A DNA stretch of 64,000 nucleotides, taken from the NCBI RefSeq assembly GCF_009914755.1, contig NC_060948.1; one strand, given 5' to 3'. Numbering within the stretch: the stretch's first letter is position 1; each line of letters starts with the position of its first letter. The notes below the pieces were generated by a model. The model saw nothing but the letters and a program-made list of their open reading frames with translations. It was not told the DNA's origin and did not search any database. Position numbers and translations under genes: made by a program. Positions 56,766 through 64,000 of this stretch are shown one piece after another. Source of the DNA: the human T2T-CHM13v2.0 reference genome, Homo sapiens.

Positions 56766-59700
56766 TTGTACTTCTTAAGAGTATATTTAAAATTCTTTGT
56801 CATGATTAAAATTTATTTATTTTAGAAGGAGAAGCAAGGTACTAGCATTTTAGATATAATAAACACCAAGCTCTTTGCTATTTTCACAGCTTTTGTCTTT
56901 CTTCAAAATTTCCACTATTTTAAAATTGATCAAAGTAAACAAATTCTAATAAAAGTTTTAGAACCCAATTCTAAAGTAGTGTTTGCTAAATAAATTCTCC
57001 CACAAAATTATTTGCATCAGCTAAACTTAATTTTATCTAAATTAAAGGCTATACAAACCTTGGAAAAAATATTCAGTACCATGTTAGTCAAGGGAATTAG
57101 TGTCACATTTTCAGGTATCCAACAATTATTACGTTTTTACAAACATAAAAGAAAAAACAACTATGACTCTTATTATATCACTACAGTCTGTGATTTTTCT
57201 TCCTTTTTTCATTTATTTATATTCATCATGGGATTATTTGTATGTCTCTGCATTTCTCTGTATACCTCTGAAAGTTTAATATATAGTTCAGTAATTATAT
57301 ATTCTTTTTACCTTTGAAAATGTGAACAGCATATCATGATATATTTTCTATTAGTTTACCTATCTCAGGATACACATACTTTGAACCTATAAAACTTTTG
57401 TGTTTGATTAAAACCTAGGTAATGTCAAGCAGTATTTATTTACAAAACATGTCTAATTTATATTGGGAATAAGATAAGAGAAAATAATTTCCTTTGGGTT
57501 TGACAATATTATGGCCTTGATGGTTACTCATGGAAGACAGACTTTTATCTTACAAGTGAGTATTTGCTAACTAGAGTTGAAAGCATTATAGTGTTGGCAT
57601 GCTCCCAGATTACCACTTGAGATGCACTGCTGGCTGATCTACAGAGCAGCTTTGATTGCAGTTTTACCAAGCCACATTCCTGCTGTCCTAGATGGAAGGT
57701 TTGTTTTATTTTGCTTGTAGTCAGAGGGGAAGTGATGCTTTATTTTTTACTAGCCTCGGAACTTTAGACCTTAATTTTTCTCCAGGAAAGAGGAGAATTT
57801 TTAAACCTGAAGGTTTCATTTAGCTTTATGAACGTGGGAAAAAAATAAAATAAAAATAAAATAAAATAAAAACAATCCTTGCTGATTTCTTGTTCATATT
57901 CCATCTATTAACTGCTGGATTGAAACTCTTTTTTAAATTTCTTGATGACCTCTGAATCAAAGAAACAATGTAAGCAAAGGTCCCACATCTGGAAACTAAG
58001 AAATAATTTGCACAAAAGAAAGTAAGAAAGAGAAAATATGAAGGTTCCGAGGTTACCATGAAATCAGTTCTAAGTTCCTTTGCCAGATAGTCAAGTCCCT
58101 TCTGCAACTGGTTGGGAGTTTCATTCTCCTTTCAGGAATCAGCTCATGTCGCACTTTCTCTCTGATCTTCTGCACCTTTTCCTTACATTACTTTATTTTC
58201 TCTGGCATGAAGAAAATAATGCAGAGGAAAATAAAATATTGAGGACATTTTGCAGTGAAATATTTTAATTGCAGGATAGAATAGAAAACAATGGATGCTA
58301 GGATAACAATTGTGTTTGTAAGCTTATGAATAATTTGAATGAATGTCAGTTCAAGGAGAGTTTAGACTTTAAAGTATCATCAAATGTATGCGTTCATATG
58401 CCGATGTTTGACATAAAAATATATAATATTTTTTACATCAGAGAAGGTAGTTTTCATATATCGTGCATTAACTAATGAATCTCCAAGTTCCAAATATGCA
58501 GTACATGCTCAGCAAACTGGAACTGTATGAGGAATGAGTAACATTAACTGTATTCTTTAGAAAATTGGCATACTAAGTTCATACTAAAACATGAATGCAT
58601 TCAATTTTTTCAAGTAATTAATTTCAAATAATCCCATTTGCCTTAGATGCAAAACTTTGTTCAGTAGTAAAATTATTGGTGATAGCATATTATTTTCCTA
58701 AATAAATGTTTTTGAATGTATAAATAGCTTCTGTCCAAGTTTATCCTTATGTAAATCTTGGTAGTAAAAGCATTCTTATGTGCAATTTTCTTTTTATGAG
58801 GTTCCAAAGAGAGGACATATTAATAGTACACATAAACATTATCTGACTGGATGGCTAAAATATTAAATAATCACTAAAACAAGTATTAAAATGTTATAAA
58901 CAATTATTACTTATCCTTCATTAGTTAGCAACAACATTGATAAGTTAACAGGCAGCATTTTTACTAGGTCAGAGGGTGCTTGAGTACACACCGGGATTTA
59001 TTATGGTAATCAATGCCCAACTACACCTCAAGATGTACACATTTTGTGTACATAAAGATAGAAGGTAACCTACTTAGAGATTATTTGAAATTTCTATTTG
59101 GATCGGCCCATTCATCCATCTAAGAATGTAGGGCAGGGCAGGTTCTCCTGGGATGTTGTGAGAATAGTCTTTTGTGCAGATTGGTTGTTTTTAGAACAAA
59201 GAATCTAAAAATTTCCTTCTTTCCCATCTCTGAGCATCCAGTTGTCCTCTACCAGGAAGCAAGGAACAGGAAAGCACAATTCTGCCTCAGAAAGTATGAA
59301 TATGTGCTCAGCAACAGGACTATTAATTTTAAATAATAAGCTGTTATATGCTTTTTATTATGTTAACAGTTAGATTGCAGGTAACTTGTACATGTTACCT
59401 TTCCAATAGAAATCCATACCCAGAAAGTTTTATCCCTTGCTCGTGATTTTAGAGGTGTTCAGTTGTCAGATCTTTTTCTCATTTCTACTGGCTGTATTCC
59501 TCCACTCTTATAACCATCCTCTCACTTATTTTAGAATCAAAGTGAATTATGTCTTGCCTGTCAAAGTTTATTAATATTAGATCCTACAATTAAAAATATT
59601 GTTATGTATCTTTCTAATTCTTGTGGCATTACTATTATGGGAAAATGTATACCTTTTTCCAAAATAACTAATTTGAAATAATTTTGTAACATAATCCATT

Positions 59701-60174
59701 TTACAATAAGAAATTCCACCTCTCCAACACACACACACTTAAATATTCTCCATGGCAAATTTATTATAATTCAAATAAACATGAAATATTAAATTTAACT
59801 TACATGGTTAGTAGGGATTATTTTTTGTTAAATACAAAGTAAGTTGATATGTTAAGAATTTTTTCTCTTTTTGTCACCAAATTACCAAACACATGTGCCA
59901 AAGTATTAATACGCATTATCATACATATGAGATTCCATATGACAAATTTTGACATTAATTCATTTTTTGATCCAAAAATTTCTCTTAATAATGATACACA
60001 TTGGAACTGTATGTGTTCTGCACCTTTTTAAGTCTTCAACAATGAACTTAAAAATTAAAATTTTATATTTAATATTATTGCTGATATAGCGATACTATAA
60101 ATTTTTATAACTAGATGTCCTGTTCTTTAAATGATGATGTGTGATACATAGGGAAGAGGATATCCTGGAGCTTT

Positions 60175-60510
60175 TATATTTTATTTTATTTTATTTTATC
60201 TCTTTATTTTATTTTATTTTATATATATTTTTGAGACAGAGTCTCACTGGGTAACTCAGGCAGGAGTGCAATATCACGATCCTGGCTCACTGCAGTCTCC
60301 AACTTTAGGTTCAAGTGATTCTTCTCTGTCAGCCTCCTGAGTAGTTGGACCAAAGGCATTCACCACCATGCACGGCTAATTTTTGTATTTGTAGTACAGA
60401 TGTCATTTCGTCATATTACCCAGGCTGGTCTTGAAGTCCTGACCTCAAGTGATCCACCCAACTCAGCCTCACAAAGTGCTGGGATACAGACGTGAGCCAT
60501 CGCACCTGGC
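60175..60510 (-). mobile_element. AluS with (TTTTA)n tail
   Basis: gagacagagtctcact...gtgagccatcgcacctggc. Confidence 0.92.
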
Positions 60511-61132
60511 ATTTTGCTAATCTTGTTTCGATCTTATGCATAGTTGCTTGCAGAGAAAAAGCCAGGTATTCGTCAATATATCATAGATAAACCCAACTAA
60601 ATTTTCGAGAGGAATATATTCCAAAAGTTACCATGGAAAATTATTAACAAAGGTGTCATTCAAGAGGATTGCAGAAACTGAACTATACTCAGTGGGATTA
60701 GTATCATAATGTAGTACAAAGACACTGAATAAGTTTGTATGATTATTGTTTTGTAGTGGTTGCAGGTCAGCTTTCACTGCTTAAACCACGTACAGCACCC
60801 TACTCAAACTTGCATGCCAGTGAGGCAGTCAGGATTTGGAGGAAGGCCCAGCAAGAACAATCAGGGAACAAGGACAGAATCCTGGATTTGCCTATGGTGC
60901 TTTATGATCTTCCACAAGTAGGCAAACTGATCAGTGCAGAGAGCATATCTTCTGTCACAGAGTAGATACTTCAACCAAAATTATTACCTTAAATATATCT
61001 GTCCTTACTCTAAATAGTTAAATCCTCTGTATTCAAGATTTAAAGTTGAATCCAAAGACTCTTTAATATTACAAAGAAACATGAAGTTACCTTAAGTTAA
61101 AATTGTTCAGAGGATATTGAAATAACTACTGT

Positions 61133-61781
<649 letters not shown>

Positions 61782-64000
61782 CCAAAATTCTTCTTAATGT
61801 TGACATAAATAGTGTTATCCCAGGAGTCTATTTTAATGTGTGCTTCAGTAATGATCTCTCCATTAGAAGCCTCTAGGAAAGAATCATTGAGTTTCAATCA
61901 CACAAATATTTATGAGAGAGACTTACATTTGATTTGAAAAGTGTGCCCTTGTACAGTTTTCATTCGAGGTAATGAATATCTGACAGTAGAAAACAAATTT
62001 TATAATTCTTAAATACCTGACTAGTAGTAGTATTTTTATATATAAGGTATTTATTTTCATTGATCATGGATTATTCCTGCACCTACCTTAATTATAATTA
62101 CCAATCCAGCAAAGTTAAAATCACACTGTACCTAAAAATAGAAACAGTATTCTACTGAAGGTGATCATGCTATCATGCTGATGATGGGTTGCCATCTTTT
62201 CCTCTGAAACAGCAAAGAGGTTCTGCATGTTATTCTGCCTTCAACATATGCACTTGCTAGTTTCTGTTACCATTGTTAAAAATAGATTCATTTGACAATC
62301 TTTTTTTAAAAGACTTTCCATCCTAGAAAGCTTATTAGTTTTACTTTACACAACCTGATTCAGCACATACTGCTACTAAATAGATGATTTTTCACGAAAT
62401 AATGCAATCAGTAATTTGTAGGAAGAACAGAAACCTAGGCCCCAGAAATCCCAAAGTAGAAATCCTCCTAGGAGTTGTAGTAATTTGGAGCTCTGTCATA
62501 GTTTATTAGTGATGAAGAGATCCATACAACTTCATGGGAGGTAGTGCATCGGTGACATTGCATCTAGCAAGAATAAGAGATACTCAAGATACATGCTATT
62601 TCATATTCATACCCATGAATCAGTGACACAACTCTTCAAAATGTTGTGGATCAGCTACCCACAAGACAGGGAGAATAAGATATGACTGTACACTGTGTTC
62701 CAGACATTATGGATTTAATGCTTAAACACATCCAAATGAATACAGTTGGAATAATGGCTACACACTTCTGGGTAAAATAAAATGCATTGTAAACCTTAAC
62801 TTTTTAGTTAAAATGTAAGTATAGTATTAACCATTATTGTTCATGCTATCTTTTAACCTCATTGCAATGAAGAGAATAGTGGATGATACACAGATCACCA
62901 CTCTCCTGCCTTTTGAGTAAAACTAAAAAGGATGATTTATTTCACATTCTTAGAGAAGCAAATTAATTTTAACAACTTTTCTAGGTTTCTCATTGCCAAC
63001 TGATCACTTCTTATAAAGAAATAAAAGACAGCTTTGCTGAATTCAAAAATGATATATCAATTGGTCTCAATATTTGTCTTCTGTTTTAACTAAGGCCTTA
63101 TTCAAGGATAGTCAAGATATGCATTGCCTGTTTTTGTTTTAAGTAGGCACTATGGAGCTAGAAAAAGGTGTCTTTCTGCTCATTTAAAGGTAACAGAGGC
63201 TATCCTGGCCTTACAGAAGATCCAGGGGGCAGATTGGCCAGGAAAGCAGGGCTATGGTGTCGAGCCATTAAAGTGTTCCCCTAGGAGTGCATTAATAACA
63301 GCCAAGGCATTAGAAGGTTTCCTTCTAGAGTCATTGGCTTTGATTTTTTAAGCCATTTTTCCCCTCTTGTTATATAGAGAGACACAAATCTAGGGAAGCA
63401 ATAATTCTACTCTAGTTATTGTAGGCAGTGGTGTAAAGTCACCAGTCTTGAAAGCCGCTTGTAAATGCAGGACCCATCCCATTAAAGAGTGTTCCACTTG
63501 GGAAATATGCTGTATTATCAAAATGAGGAATTCTGTGAACTGAAACTACAGTTTAAACTCAGTGTACCAGTTCTTCCAAAGTTCAGTTATAGATTGAAGT
63601 GATGATGGTTTGTTTTATTCCAATTCATTAAAGGTCCAGTTATTCTACTACCCCCAAAAATGTATTCTAAAAACTGAAATAAAGTGATGGTACTCTTTTG
63701 GAAAAGTCCATCCCCACATCTCTGCCCATCCCCACACCAAGATTTATTTTGACAAAAATAGTTTTAATGATATGTCACTGATGGCAATCAATGTATTGAG
63801 CTGTAATGTTGTAAAGATTTATGAAGTTCCATTTAGATCCATCACTACAGTTAGAAAAGTAGTTTCATCTACATTGTTGAGAAAGAAAGTTCTTTCTAGA
63901 AAGGGGAGGTGGCTGGCAAGGTCCAGTTGAAAACATTCAGAAGACAAGAGGTGAATTAGCAAAGTGGAAAGAGATGTTGAATTAAATGTATGCAAATTTT

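Noticed and set aside
57826-58201. Assignment of the exon remnants to PTPN20/PRY, SYCP3/FAM9, TPTE or ADAM families
   Set aside because: Only vague resemblance from memory and no diagnostic motif, so no gene symbol is given

Overview
This is AT-rich, repeat-dense primate (human or great-ape type) nuclear DNA. I can support no intact protein-coding gene: nearly all listed ORFs are Alu/L1/ERV fragments or chance ORFs. Recognisable content: about 15 Alus, including one very young CpG-intact AluYb-lineage copy; a full-length but dead L1PA4-like element (37473-43595); a twin-primed (5'-inverted) L1PA2-like insertion; older L1, L2, MIR and MaLR fragments; and four endogenous retroviral loci, all on the minus strand. 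These are a MER61-type provirus, a solo MER11 LTR, a HERV-K (HML-5-like) gag-dUTPase-pro-RT fragment and a two-LTR HERV9/LTR12 provirus nested in an L1. The signal least explained by repeats is a series of purine-rich segments in the unique sequence, bounded by minus-strand splice sites. Several join in phase into a protein-like reading frame with scattered stops, which suggests a decayed multi-exon (unprocessed) pseudogene across the window. I could not identify its parent. High LTR-LTR and TSD divergence and the ERV load fit a Y-chromosome-like region (inference only). Repeat subfamily names come from my recall of consensus sequences, not a database search. Boundaries without a TSD are approximate.
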